A stretch of DNA of 64,000 nt from Orbicella franksi (GCA_964199315.1 OZ116703.1:22072001-22136000), one strand, 5' to 3'; positions 47,797-62,100 are shown, counted from the stretch's first letter. Made by a program: numbers and translations. Notes: generated by a model from the sequence alone, not told the origin.

Positions 47797-50700
47797 TTAC
47801 ACGCACGATTCAGTCATCACGTTTTCTCGACTGCTCCATTTATTGGCTGTATTGTGTGCGTGGATTTGCGGCAGGGAACTGTACGACTGACTTGTAGGTC
47901 TACCTGCAAAGTAACAGAAAAATCCTTATTAAGTCCTTAAAACCCCTGATTATGATCATTTACCACATTCTCAAGACCTGAGAGTGTGACTTTGAGGAGA
48001 AATTCGATGCGGATCAGCGTCAGCACTAAAATTAGTTAGATTCGATAAAGGGGCCATGTGATGAATAGATATACCCTCAATTTTACAAATGGTTCTTCTG
48101 TAATCCGTTTAAATCTATTCAAATTACAACCATCTTTGTCATTTTGTATTTGTTCTTTTTACACGATTATTTCCTTATTCAAAGGGTTTTTTTCGCATTG
48201 CAGAAAACGATTTTAGCATGTTGCGACATGGCCCCTTATTTACAACGTCTAAACGGTCTTACAGTTGTTCGAAGCTGTTCCATTAGAACAAATCAACAAT
48301 CGTCATTTCCTAAATGACAATGGAAGAGAGTTAGCTGGCTACGATCGGTAATTAGACTCTTACGCTGTAAGCTAGCCATGAGAAGTGCGCGGAAATACAA
48401 CATACAACAACAACTGAAAAGAGATCACTCTACATACAAGAGGTCACGAAATGGGGAATTTTTCAATCAGTTAAAATTTGACAACAACTACAGGTAGAAA
48501 AGTTATTGCAACTGAAACGAGCTACGTCACGGTTTGTGCATCTTGAAAAGTTTAACCTAAAGTTCGTCGTTTGTAATCCGTGGCAGTCTTCTCCTTGTTC
48601 CTTTATGGTTAATTATTTTCTCTTTGGTGTTTTTCCATCTCTTAAAGGTAATTTTGCACGTGGCCAAAACAACTCAAAATACCGTGACTGAGCTCTTTTA
48701 AATTGAAAATGTCAGAACGCAGATACTTTGTTGAACACGAGAACAGACATGAAGACATGCACACTTAAGCAGTTGTGAAATTTAAGCCTGAAAGAATTCA
48801 GGCCTGAACGGGATTCGAACCCATGACCTCTGTGATACCGATGCAGTGCTCTACCAACTGAGCTATCAAGCCATCTGGGAGATGGCCACGTTGTGAGTTC
48901 GTAATATACCCGTAGATGGTGAAGATTACAAGTGAACATATGAAAGATCATATATTTTTTCACTTGTATACGAGAACAAACAATAACAACAAAGAAAAAA
49001 AATTGAAGTCTTACCTGTCGCACTCTCCTCTTTTTTTGTGAGTTCATCGCGAGAACTGAGCACAGATTCGTACGAAAATTGCGGCATTCTCCAAGCCCAG
49101 TGGTCGGAACCCGAAGAAGACTCGGACGCCGAAGACGACCCGACGTTACGCCGGGCGTAAAACAAAAGATACGCTGCCTTGGTGACAATCTGACGCTCAC
49201 TTATCCTCTCCACGCGCATGTCGTCAAACAGGTACCACGTGGCGTCAACAGGATTCTTGCAGTACGCCGTGTAGTGCCCGCCTGTCATTCCTCCAGTGTG
49301 GTTACACACAGCGTACAGGTCATATAGGTTTTCCTCACACCCACTGACGGAATTTGCGCGGTGACGCCGCCACGTACCCCATCCTAAGGAGTGGGAGTCT
49401 GGAGAGGACCTTTTGTTGCGGGGTTCTAAGTGTGCATTCATGTCTAAGCCCGTCAGTGGAAAGTCCACCAGAGTGTGGAGTTTGGTGCGGCCGGCAGAGG
49501 TCTGGGGAAAACATGAAATGCTGCGTTTTACTGATCACTCATTTTGCTTTGTAGTACTCGAAATTCAACGATGTTTCATTGAGAGAATCGATTTGTTGTT
49601 TGCTCTGAGGTAAAGCTGCCTAGTGATATGTTTCGATTGAGAGCTGATGAGAAGTTTTCATGTTTGCGCTAATTTGGATTGAACAATAAACATTGAAGAT
49701 CCCTTAAGGGTGCAAAGAAATTAAACTTGTTCTCGAGATTAACTAAGACCTACGTAACTCCTGTTAACATTGGAGAACAGACTGCCTTCACCCCAGGTGA
49801 CTTGTCAAGACAGAGCTTCATTACTATTTCAATAGCATGAAGCGACTGATTGTTACATCCCCTCTTCCCCCCCTCCCCGCCCTAAATGGGAGATACCAGT
49901 CCAAGTCAGGGCCTCAGTGAACCCAGACGATTCAATCCAGAGTCTAATGCACTAAACACTACGTCATCACGTCTTCCACGCAGGAGACAAATTTCAGAAA
50001 TGATTGTTTAGTGTTTAACCCTGGCTGGCACTTTCTGCCCAGGTACTCTACCAAGTAAAGTGATGAATGAAGTGCCATGTAACAACTGACCTGCCTAAAC
50101 CTCTTAAGGTGAACCACCAACACCTCTGGCAGAGTCCACAGACTCAGCCTCTTCACTGTTCCTTGTTGTAGTTTCTTGCACCGAGGACAAAGCCAAGCAT
50201 CTTCAGTGCCCAGCTAGAAAAAAATGTCACAAGCTTGGTTAGCTGTGTCTAAGCTAAGTGGTATTTCCTCCGGTGAACTCCTCAGACTCGGTAATACAAA
50301 ATTCATCCTGATTGAAATGAGCATTTGCCTGTGCTGTATAGCCAGAAAAACTGAAAACCATCATCACGCTATACATGCACAATGCCGCTATTTTTATCAG
50401 AGTAGGATAATGGTTACAAATGTAGGACTATCTAGAAAGTGGTTCAGGACTATTTGAATGAAGAAATAAGCCAAATTCTGATCATCAATTTACTGTCATA
50501 AGACAGATATTTTTCATATAATTTCCTGATGGATTTGTTGAAAAACACATCAAAACCACCTTGCCATCTACAAGAAACCACAAACAACAAGCTACCACTA
50601 GTAAACATTCAAGACAAATTTTTTAATCTGACACAATTACAAAGCTGATGAGGGACTTGCTATGCAATCTACAAGAACCTGTTTAAACTGGTACAGTAAA

Positions 50701-53700
50701 ACTTCTGGAAAGTTCTAGCAGGGTTTTGAATGCATACAACTAGCAAAGAAACCAAAGGGAATCTGAAGATTCTAAAACCGAAGTTTAGTCAGCATATGAA
50801 ATCAAAAGTGTTTCATCTTTTAAAGTAAAAGTCTGCATTTTGCAAGAGGGATAACTATTAATACATTTTGTCCAACAGGATTTATTGACACAACTCTCAG
50901 ACTAGCATAATATTACAAATCACTCTGAAAACTGCTGTATTCTTGAGCTCTGATGGAGCTCTTCTTCTGCATCACTATTTTGTTAATTTTTCTTACACCT
51001 AAAATTGCAGGTTTGATATGTTTGATACCTTCTCCTCTTTGGTGTAAAGCGTAAAGCAATCTTCCAGTTCAACATTATGTGAGCTGTTATGCAGTGACTC
51101 CACTTCGCGGACACTGCAGTGTTCCTCTGGTCTTTCTTGCAAAACACTGGACTTCACAAAGCTAAACAGTGAGTGCAAATAAGAGAACATTTAACTTACT
51201 GTCAAATTCAGCAATATTTAAAAATAAGGGTTGAAATGTTACATGCAATTCTTCTCCAAACTGTCAAAGAGACTACCACTAAACTATGAGTTCTAGAAAT
51301 TTGATTAATGCTGGAATGTTGCATTGCTACCAATCGCAGGCCCATGAACCCGCTTAATGGTAAAAATATGACTAGCACCTGTTTTGTTGCAAACAATTAA
51401 GGTTTTAAATGGACCTGTAAGTTCTAAGAAAAATTTATTTAGTTTTCTTTTTTCAAAGTCACAATACATGGCCATGAAAAATGCAAAATGATATAAAAGC
51501 AATACAATTGAAGCTCTCCTTGCGACCACTTTTGTAAGCGACCAGCTCTAGTTAAGACCACCTTTGTGAAATCCCATTTAAACTGTGACTTAAACATTGT
51601 AGTGAAAAGCTCTCGTAAGCGACTGCAACTATTTTTGGGATTACCCAACTGGACTTTTCCTTCGTGTTTTAAAGCTCTTGTAAGCAACCACTCAGAGTCT
51701 TTTACGTATAAATCTACACTTTAATGAAACTGCATACTGCGCTTATAGTTATTTTGGTCTAAAAAATTGAACATAAAGTTTAGCCATATCTAGATCAGAT
51801 ATAAAGACACTCATCAAACATTGATTTCTTTTGCTTTTTCTTTATGAATTATTAATGAGTTTCTGAAGCTCCCATCAGCGGCCACCCTCTATTGATTTAC
51901 CATGCGGTCGCTTAGGAGAGCTCATTCTTCTAACTTAGCGACCAACTCTAGTTACGACCACTTTTTCGAATTTCTGAGGTGGACGCTTACAAGAGCTTCA
52001 ACCGCATGTACTGTGTTATATAGGCATGCAATGCATGTAGACAGCCTGTACTACATCACAGGCCCTTTGCACCATTAGTTGATATATAAATTTTGTTACC
52101 ATAACATGGTAAAGTAAAATAATACATTTAATTCCAGATTTACCTCACTCTTGTCTCTGGATCCCATTCAGCAATCATCTTGATATGTTGAGGTCCACTG
52201 CCTGATCCACAAGACATGAGTGCCCTATAGCACAACAATACATATCATATTCACATAACATACAGTACATGTACATGTATCACTGATCAGTACCTAACAT
52301 GGTTACGCAATAGAATATGAGAACCTCATGATGAAAAATTTTACAGTACATCACATTTTACCAGCTTGCTTACGCCACCTTAGCTACAGTAGTGTTTAAT
52401 TTACATTTGATTTAGTTCCTGGGACAATAATTTACATCTGGTAGTTCAAGGGAGGGGACTTATTCAGGGGCACTTATTTTGTTTTTAGCATATACACCCA
52501 AAATGTGATACAACACTTAAATGAGTGGGGAAAAAAATACAACAAAACAAAACAAAACAAAACTAATAATTGAATTCACGATGTGTAACAATGGGGGCTC
52601 TGATAGTCATCATGTTCAGTGAACATTACGTTCAGCTGAGATGGCAGACCTCAGAATTGATCTGATCAGTCTGTTCTATGTCAATTCCCCATGTTACTTT
52701 AGCTATCAGGGTGCCTATTGGAAGGAGGGGGGCATTTATTAATGCAATGGCACTCAATGGGAAGAGCTTATTAAAAAGGGCATTTAAGAGGAGGAGGGTA
52801 CTAAATTGAATCGTCAGGGTACCTTATAGTCACTTGCTACATAACTACAGTAACTGGCTCTGGCCACATAAGCCATTTAATAGCTTTCAGGGGTTTCAAT
52901 AAGGGCAAATTGACTGGGAGAGAGGATGATTTTGCCTGCATGGTTTGACCATCAAGAGGAAAGCTAATCTTATCAAGAGGTTTAAACCAAAAGTTTTGGC
53001 CGATGGTGAAAACCAGTTGTCCTCCTGCTAAAAATGGTAATGAAACCCTTGGGCTTTAAACAGCTGATTACATATAGAGCTCTATGCTATAGAGCATTTT
53101 CACTGTCACGCAATAAAAAACATAATTGAAAACCATTCAGTGGATAAAGTCAAGAAATTGTGATATTATAGAAGATAAATAAAGAAGACAGCTCTCCAGG
53201 TTTAAGGTGTTCCTTTGTGGGACACCAATATAGTGAAACCAACATCTGGAACTTACTTTGGCTATCTAAGCAACTGATTGACTGCACTGAGCACACAAAC
53301 AAACAATTAATTAAGCACTTTTCCAAATACTTTAACGTCTTAAATGGCTAAAAATCGTGAGATAAATACATATTTTTCTGCAAATGCAATCACAGCTTTA
53401 TGTCACACACCATCATTGCTCTGAAATTCAAAATGCGCTGGTTTCCAAATGAAAGACGCTATTGAGCTGGAAAGTTTTAAACAGATGTAAAATTAGCACC
53501 TCTTATGCCTAATTACAATGAAAACTTTGGTGGCTCATTAGTTTTGGATTTGAGAATTTGATGATGTCACGTGAAAACGCTCGACATGTTTCCAGTCTAC
53601 TGGTCTTGTTCTTGCTCAATTGCGGCACAAACAGAACCACTTACTTGTCCACAGTAGCCTGATACAAAGGATGATCAACTTCTGGAGACAGAGCACTCTT

Positions 53701-56700
53701 CCCAGGCAAGCCATTGACTACACGCAGTCGAAACAGCAACCTTTGCTTCTTAACCTAAAGCAACAATTAATTTGAAGCAATACATCAATACTATAATCTC
53801 CTTGTACAGACTATGTAAATGGAAAGGACAAATAACAGTGGTTGGATAAGGTGATTGGTGCCCAAGGAGTAACCACTGTGCATTCATGTGCTTTGTCTTG
53901 ACTTGTTGACTGGGTATCAAGAAAATACTTATCATAATATTATAATTTGATACAATGTATCCAACTTAACACAGACCTTACAACACTTCAGGCGTTGTAT
54001 GGTACTGTTAGAGTCACCGAAATCAGACATTTGTCACCAAATCTTAATAGTCAAGCACTTGCTCTGCAAATCCAAAAGGTGATTCATAGAACACATTAGG
54101 TAGATTTCACTTTGTGGTGCAAGATCGTAGATTAAACCACACGCCTTTGACAATTAACCATTTTAAGGTTTTGTACCTGTGGTTTTCCCTCTTGATAGAA
54201 TAATCAAAACACATGAATAACTCAAATATGTTCACACTCTACTGATTTGCACTGCAAAGCCCAGACATTCAATGAAAGCATTTTATTGATGGCCATGCTA
54301 CAAGAACAAACCATCAACAGTTAAACTTAATTTCTTATTCCAGGGGTTTCATTAGAAGCCGGCAACCGGCGAAACTCGCCGCCTACTTTGTCAGAATTTA
54401 CGTCTTACCGCCGCTTACTTTGTCTGTATTTTCACTCAAATTGTTAAAAAAATTCATCAGTTTGCTGCCTACTTTAGTTACCTCAGATGGCTATTTCAAA
54501 ACTTATTGAAAACCCTGTTATTCCTCCAGCTCGTTTCCTTACCTGCGATGAAACATTATCCAACAGAATCCTTGCCATGGCTTTCAAGATTGCTGCATGC
54601 AGTCTTTCATAGCTCAGTTCCCTGAGAACTCTCACTATGAAGGGAAGACCAAATCTGAAGCAGTAAAACAGAATTCTTTAACGGTGAACATAAAGTTCAG
54701 TGTGTCCAGTTGCAAACAGGACAAATTCTGCATTCAAGGACATCCATCTAATTTAACAAAACATTTGTCATGAAAATACCACATTTTTACATGTACATGT
54801 AATTATTATTTACCTTTTATTTTTGAAAACAACAAAATAATAATTACAGGGATTTTAAAACACCTTTTCAAAACTTTCAAGGCCTTGAATATCTTATGAT
54901 CTTAAATTTCAAGAACTTTCAAGATGCATGGCAACTCCACCTCAGCAGCAAGTTACCCTATGTGGAAGCCCTATAATTATTTTTATATGTTACCTTTTAC
55001 TTGATGAAGTTTTTGCTGGGCCCTGACAGTTTGCCACAAGGATAAGAATGGTGTCTTGAATTGGTCCACTGTTATCTGCCATGACAGGTGTCTGGACATC
55101 TGCATCCATCTCAGGGAAAAGCCCACTTGGAGCTTCAAATGCATAAATATTGTCCCCTTCATGAACAATGCTCAAAGATTGCTTATCATGAAATGTTCTG
55201 TGAAATCCATCATAGTAAAGTTCTGTGAGGATCAGAGATTCTTGTTTGATGCCTGTCATATCTGACACCACATTCCGCAGGTCAGCAATTGTTCCATGTA
55301 AGGGTACGCTGACACCAATACGAAGTGGAACTCTGGATGAATTTACAAACACTGTGGTGACTATGATGGGGCGGGTTTCCCGTTGTGGGATGGGTAGTGA
55401 GAGACACAGAAATGGATCAAATGTTGTAGACTGTTGATGGCACCTGGGACATTTGAGTGATGATCGATACTGAGCTTGGAATAAATCCAGAACAAAGCTG
55501 TCATTGCAGCGTGTGTGATTAGCAAGAGCCTCCAAAGCAATGGTGTCATCTGATCTTCCTGAACTTTCCTGAAATTACAAAATTTCAAAAACTGCTTAAG
55601 CAAAAGCCTGGCACCTCCTCAAACATTTCAGAATAAAACCTAGCGGTAAAAAACAACGTTTCGATCTCTCTGAGATCATTTTCAAGTTGAAGAAAAAAAC
55701 GAATGAAACATACATATATAAGTACAAATTAGGGCGTGAGAATGTCAAACGATAAAATATGTAAATACAAGCACTAAAATGTAAGTGTTAAAATAATAAA
55801 ATACTATAAAAAAAACCCTATATAAATAACTTTGCACAGATTGAATCTGACCGTTTTTTTTATAGTATTTTATTATTTTAACACTTACATTTTAGCGCTT
55901 GTATTTACATATTTTATCATTTGATATTCTCACACCCTAATTTGTTCTTATACAGTTGTATATGTATATTTTATTCGTTTTTTCTTCAACTTGAAAATGA
56001 TCTCAGAGAGATTGAAACGTCGTTTTTTACTGCTAGTTTTTATTCTGAAATGTTTTTCAAAGAAACTACCTCCTCAAACAATTTAGTAATTGTTAGTGAC
56101 AGTATTATAGAACATTTATGGCTGTGTTTTGAAAACATATTTTAGATTACAAACTGTTTACTTTTACAATATTTGCCACACAAGTAACTTGACTCCAAAA
56201 GCAGGCTATGAATAGCAGTGGAACACTTTAAAACTTTTGTTTACTTTTTTGGACAAGTTTTTAAATGGAATCTAAGGGTTAGTTTCTTTCAAGCTACAGT
56301 GACGTTTTGAATTTTGCAGATACCATCTTCTAATCTTGAAATCTGCTCAAAGGGAAAGGGGAGGACATTAGGGGTGCCTGTAAACACATTCTTCAAATAC
56401 CCCTATGATGAAAATCCATAACAAACTGTAACTTCAAAAGGCCCTAATATTCTTCAGCATGCCAAGAATTATCAACACCTCAGTATAATTGCATAGTTTG
56501 GCATTTAAGCAAAATAACAAATAATTTATTTGCAAATTTCATGCATACCCCAAAGAGCGATAAATAGCAAATACAGTGCACATTAAAAAAGCTGCATCCC
56601 ACAGTTTGGGGAATATAGCAATACTGTGATACTATAAATTCCATTACCTCCTTTTATTTTTTAAGCAGTTTTTTTCATCTTTTTCTAAGAATCAGGTAAA

Positions 56701-59400
56701 TAGCCCATCTGAGAAGCTGGCTGAGATCATGAAATATGCAGTAACTACTGTTGGCAGCCAGCTACTTTTGATAACCCTAAAAATGTATCATGAAAAAGTA
56801 CCAAGGAAAATAGACCTTTTCATGGTTTCTGGCACCATCTTGCTTGGGAAGCAGACAGCGAAAATTGCAGTAAATTTATGAGAAAAGTCAAAAGTTTGAT
56901 GCCCAACAAGTTGAAAGTGATTGACTTTCTGAGTATTTTGAGGTTTTTTTTTTTTTGGTCAAATTTACAGAATGTACATGTAGATTTGCCGTGAGGCAAG
57001 GAATTGCACTTTCAGTTTTTCACACAAATGTCTCCAGATTTTCCTGCTAATCACGACTCAGTTTTACAGTCAAAGGTATGAAAAAATGAAAACCTCAATT
57101 GTGGCTTTTCTAGCAAGGCTTTTTCCCTCAAATGCAATCAGTAAATTCTTTTAATAAGTATCTTTAGTTTTAATTCACAAATAGTTTAGAACTCAAGTTT
57201 TTCCCCATAGATTTACTGTAACTTTTGCAGTGTTTGCTCCCCCCCCCCCCCCTTCCCCCTCCAAATAAGGTGGCGTCAGAAACCGTGAAATGGTATATGG
57301 ATATGCGGTGCAGTTCCAGCCTTAGAATTATGCGTCTTTAGTCAAGTTGTATTAATATCAACTGAAAGTGAATGAAACTTTTGTCATTTACAGGGTACAT
57401 AATTTATGTGAACAATCATGTTCTAAATGTGAAATAAAAAAGAGAAAAAGAAACAAATTAGGGAAAGGAACACAATGCAAATTATCAGATGCTTGAATTC
57501 AAAATAGAAGCTGGAGAAATCAAGCCCCATTGAACATGCAAACAAACAACTGTAAACTACATTCAGTATCATGCATGTAAATCAAGTTAGGTAATCTAAC
57601 AATACACTGTTCATTTTGAGATCATTCTAGAGAGGTCGATATTTGACAGATATTGAAAAACAACTCCATACAATTATCCACATACCTGAGATAATAATAT
57701 TTTTCCTCAAAGACACAGCTAAAAATAACTTCATGAAAATCATGTTCGTCGATGACAAAACGCCGATAATTTCACATCCTTAAGCAGTGCTAATGATATA
57801 ATTCTTCGACAATGGAAACGAACATTGATAAATCTAATCACACAGACCAGAGTGGACCATTTTGTTTCATTCAAGCTGTTGCCCATTATTTTATAACTCA
57901 GCATGGGGTGCATAAACGAAATACACGACCGTGAATATTATTCTAAGTTCAAACACCATCCATGTGAAATCCAAAGTGGATCAATGAAAAGACATATTTT
58001 AAATTCTTTGTGCTTCCGCTGTTTTGTTACGGAAGGCAGACCAACAACTTGAAATTTTCTTGTCAAAGGGTCAAAGGGAAGAGAGCTATTTTAGACAGAA
58101 ACGTCCCCCAACTTTGATTTTTCTAGCCTCAAAATTTCGTAAGGCTTAAAATTTAGTTAGATCAGAAAGTAAGCTTACTAGTAGTGGACTAACAATGTTT
58201 TACACGTTCAAAGTAAACGATATCAAATGCTCGTCTCTTTAACAAAACATATTTAAATTCACAACAGCAAATATCTCAGATTTCTTGCAAGAAATATTTC
58301 CTATTCGCTATCTGCTTCGGGATCGTCTTAATATTGGACACGCGATGTCGGGCATTAATGCCCGGGTTAGAATTACAAAATAGTACTGTACATCTTATCC
58401 TAACTATTGGTAAAAAGCCAAAACATGGAGATGTTATCTGACCACAGGCTCAAATCAATAAATCTCACACAAATTGTGAAAACACGGTACTATTAAAAAG
58501 AAAAACACGAAGTTGTTTAGCCAACTATCGTGAACAAAACGTCACTGGAAATGAAAATTCATTGCATGACACTTGGCAGGTAATTTGATCGACACTCGTA
58601 GTTCACTCGTAAAAATAGACCTAGGTTTTTTGATTGCTTCTCACCTTGTTAGCTTTGTACTTTCGCTTGGTTGCTCGATTCAGATCTTCGTGAACTTTGT
58701 CCAAGAGCCAAAGCAAAAACTCCTGAGCATCGTGTTGTGCATAACCTCGGTACTGAACTCCATATTTTCCAACGATCGACTTGAAATCGCTACTAATTTG
58801 CGAATTATACTGACTTGACCACAAACTCTTGAGTAACAACGCTAGTTTCTCCGTCACTTCACCGCGAGTTCCAAACTTCTTGATTTGCCCTTTGCGAAGT
58901 TTTAAATCTTCTTTATACTGATCCATAACGAAGTACTCGGCCAATAAATCAGTATGAGCGAGGCACTGGATAGTCGCGTTCATAAAACAAGTGTTGCCAT
59001 GATTTTTCAAACCAGACACATTGAGTACCTCAGCAGACTTACTTCTCCGAATCTTCGAAGCAGTTTCCTCCGCCGCATCGAAATTCTTCTTCTTGTACGA
59101 CGCATTCTCGTCCAATTTTCCGATCGAACTCGTCGAGTATGCAGAATTCGAAGGAAATTGCACAGCAGACATTCGAATCATAAGTTTTTGAACCATGTTC
59201 GATACAGACTTCATAGAAGGTCTCCTCACCAATTTCCTTCCTCCGCCAAAATCTCTGGAGCCGAACTTGAAGCTCTTTTTCTTCGTTAAATGTCTTGAGC
59301 TCTTGGACCGCTCCAAAGTCGCCTCCTCCCCATCAATTGTCTCGTGAGCACCTTGACCTCCGTGCAGTTCACCAAGGCTCGCTGAACGATTATGAAACAT
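47797..59400 (-). CDS. USP31: Ubiquitin carboxyl-terminal hydrolase of the USP31/USP43 subfamily, 9 exons, 827 aa
   Basis: Phase-consistent exons 59400-58645, 55568-54994, 54654-54543, 53754-53645, 52224-52144, 51161-51029, 50213-50091, 49501-49015, 47903-47797. Cys box [27 protein letters not shown], His box [21 protein letters not shown]. Subfamily motifs [11 protein letters not shown] and RFGLPF. Confidence 0.9.
48762..48958 (-). mobile_element. tRNA-derived SINE-like repeat in USP31 intron 8
   Basis: Minus strand GGCTTGATAGCTCAGTTGGTAGAGCACTGCATCGGTATCACAGAGGTCATGGGTTCGAATCCCGTTCAGGCC plus a downstream tail; related to the 2094-2420 family. Confidence 0.75.
54341..54517. mobile_element. 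Short hAT-like MITE
   Basis: CAGGGGTTTCATTAGAAG ... CTTATTGAAAACCCTG, flanked by TTATTC on both sides. Confidence 0.6.
55652..55689 (-). ncRNA. Minimal type I hammerhead ribozyme candidate (U3-A8 core variant), USP31 sense strand
   Basis: CAAC-TTGAAAA-T-GATCTC(AGA)GAGATC-GAA-ACGT-T-GTT: stem I AAC/GTT, 6-bp stem II, palindromic ACGT stem III, GUU site. Confidence 0.55.
55987..56024 (+). ncRNA. Minimal type I hammerhead ribozyme candidate (U3-A8 core variant), plus strand
   Basis: CAAC-TTGAAAA-T-GATCTC(AGA)GAGATT-GAA-ACGT-C-GTT: canonical GUC site, with a G-U pair at the base of stem II. Confidence 0.5.
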
Positions 59401-61895
59401 TTCTGCCGGAGCTGCTCACTGATAAATTCACTGAGCACAGTTCCTTATCTCACATCAAGATCTAGCTAATGCTGACAATGTTAACTCAGGTATTTCGCAC
59501 CATAAAGTCTTGAAAATTTCTTCCAACTTATTTTTCGCATCACTTTAACATGTCATCGGTCATGAATACCGAAAAACAAATATAGAGCATGCGTACACTG
59601 ACGTCACTAGGATATAAGCGTACGTAACCATGGATAGTATAAAGTTAGAGACAAACGCGTGGATTTGGGCTACAGGAAGTAATAAAGGGAGGAGGAAACA
59701 AGAATAAAAACATGGAATATTGGAACTCGCGAAATAGCGAAGTAAATGTCAAAAAATCTGGAATTTGAAAACGAGGATTACAGTATGGGCCACTGGCTGT
59801 AGCCAGAGGGCGTGGCGGTGGGTGGTGGCAGCGTCAACTTTTACTTGGGGGGCAGGGGAGGGTAGTTGCCCGATAGGACTCGGAATATTTGTCGATGCTA
59901 TCCGCACTATGTAAAAGTTTGATAGGTGTTCTATTAGAGGAATCTTTCTAGGATTTTCAGTACAAAAAGCTCGTCATAGGAAATAGAAATATGTATGTAT
60001 ATATATTATATTTACCATAAAATTCTTTCAGAAAGCCTTATTCTATTGGTCTCAACAAATGAAAGCTAAAATGAGACAAACACATTCATGTGGACATTAT
60101 CCAGGGCTTCTTTTTGTCCTGTGGGAAAGCCAAACAAAAATTACGAGGTGCTTGTCATACCTTCATGATTGCTGACTGCAACAGGTGCTAAAATCTGACT
60201 GCCCTTAGAGTCATTCTGGTAACATTTGCACTGAGCAAAAAAAATGTTCACTTTTAAGGGTAAAAATGAATTTACAGTGGAAGTCATGCCCACAAAATCA
60301 AGATTCAGATACCTTAATACTTTTCAGGGGTTCTTTTCAAATTTCCAAGAAGAAACCTCATAATTTTTACACGGAAAAGTCTCTCTCCAAATTTTAAACA
60401 ACTCAGAGAATGGTACACCTTTGACCCAAATGATCATAAATGTACAGGACACCCATTTTTCATTTTGCCTTAAAACAATGTGGATGTGAAAATCTATAGA
60501 AATAACAATTTGGGATGCATTTATTACTTTAACAAATACTTATTTGCCAATATTCCCTGTGCATTATTTTTGTCTACTTTTACTGTGCTTTTGGGGGCTC
60601 TTCGGTTGATGAAATTCCCCTCATCCAAGCTAAAACTGGTTCTCAAATGACCCACTTTAGGATCATATTAGGTATTCAACTGTGGAAGTAATGTGGGGTA
60701 GCTTAACAACGGACGGGGGTGCTTGTCGGAAGTTTTGAAAAGAACCCCCTAAGAGGTACCAAGATCCTGTTTTGTGGGCATGACTTGAAATTTATTTCAA
60801 CCCCTAAGAGGTAACGATTCTGAGAGAAAATTAATAATCAGTTGATTTTCAAATATCTCCTGTCATATTTTGGGTCAATACCCTGAAAGGTACTACAAAA
60901 GCTCCTACTGGGGACCTTTTGAGGCCAAATGCCCTAAGAGGTAACAAAACCGCATTGGGTAGATCAATATGATTGAGGTAAGGAGTTGATATCAAGTAAA
61001 ATCTCTATTTAATAATAAACAAAGGAAACAATAAATGCTGAGCGAAATACAGACTTAAAAGATCTAAAAGTTTGTATTTTTAATGATGTCAACAATATTA
61101 TGAACATCACGTATCAAACATAAATTTATGTAATTCAAATCTACTTTTTTCAAATCATTTCATAAGTTCAGCATTCAAAAGTTAATTAGTATGCCAAAGT
61201 TCTAGAATATTGCTTACAAACCAATTTGTAATAGACCTATGGGTCATCCAAAACTGCATTTCATTATACTCAATATTAACAATTTGGACTTCTGTTGTGA
61301 GGTTGTCCAATTGTGTTCATCACATGACTTTGTATAGCTATTATACGTAATCATATCTTTTTGCTATGCTTTGGCAGCATATCAGGTCAGTTTGGTTGAG
61401 CCATGGTTCATATTTTGGCAAGACATAGTCAAGCCAAAATACCCATGGTGAGACCAAACAAGCCCTAAATGCTGCAGAAACATATCAAAAAGGTATAATT
61501 AGGTATTTACCATACCCAAATACAGCCAAGTGAGCACAATACCGAGGCCACGCCAGGTCAGTGACTTGATGTCACAGGATATCAGGACAGTAGACACAGC
61601 TTCTGATGGGTCTGGTAACAGTCTGAATCGGACTCACCTCAGTCCTATCACCATTATTAACCCAACATTGCCAAACATATAACACTGAGGTAAGTTGCAT
61701 TTAATTTAATAAATCAACAATAAATATTTGTTCCTTTTGACATACTCATGCTTATTCTGCATGGCTGATAAAAAACTAGACTGGGTACAGAAGAGTTACA
61801 AATGTTGTAGATCATGCTTTCATTGTTATTGTTGGTTCTTCTATTGGTTGGGAATTCTAGGTAACTAACAGAATGATGTCAAAAAGAGAATCAAG

Positions 61896-62041
61896 GTAGA
61901 CTGTTCACAGCCTCTCCATTTTTCATAGCACACGAAGGAAATTGTGAGCGCAATCGCAGTCACCAACCCCTACCCCGTCAAGTCTCCTGTTTTGGGCTGG
62001 CGTTCAGTTCTCTTGTGATTCAATGCACACACTCAATGAAC

Positions 62042-62073
<32 letters not shown>

Positions 62074-62100
62074 GAAAATTGAAGGCTGTGAACAGTCTAC
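61896..62100. mobile_element. MITE with internal poly-A run
   Basis: TIR GTAGACTGTTCACAGCC / GGCTGTGAACAGTCTAC; ATCAAG occurs in both flanks. Confidence 0.7.

Larger units (their letters stand above)
55626..56067. mobile_element. Inverted pair of Penelope-like terminal-repeat fragments with 13-bp TSD
   Basis: Roughly 190-bp inverted arms (about 55626-55815 and 55854-56053) with several mismatches and a short indel. ACCTCCTCAAACA at 55613-55625 and 56068-56080. Each arm has a PLE-type hammerhead motif. Confidence 0.7.

Noticed and set aside
50058-50090. C/D box snoRNA (GTGATGA...CTGA)
   Set aside because: It is too short, antisense to the host intron and has no terminal stem.
54357-54380. 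Hammerhead-like GCCGG-CAA-CCGGC-GAAAC hairpin
   Set aside because: There is no CUGANGA or UUGANAA core upstream, and it is part of a MITE terminus.
5828-57260. Poly-G/poly-C runs as regulatory G-quadruplexes
   Set aside because: They mostly coincide with ends of high-copy repeats, and homopolymer lengths are unreliable in assemblies.
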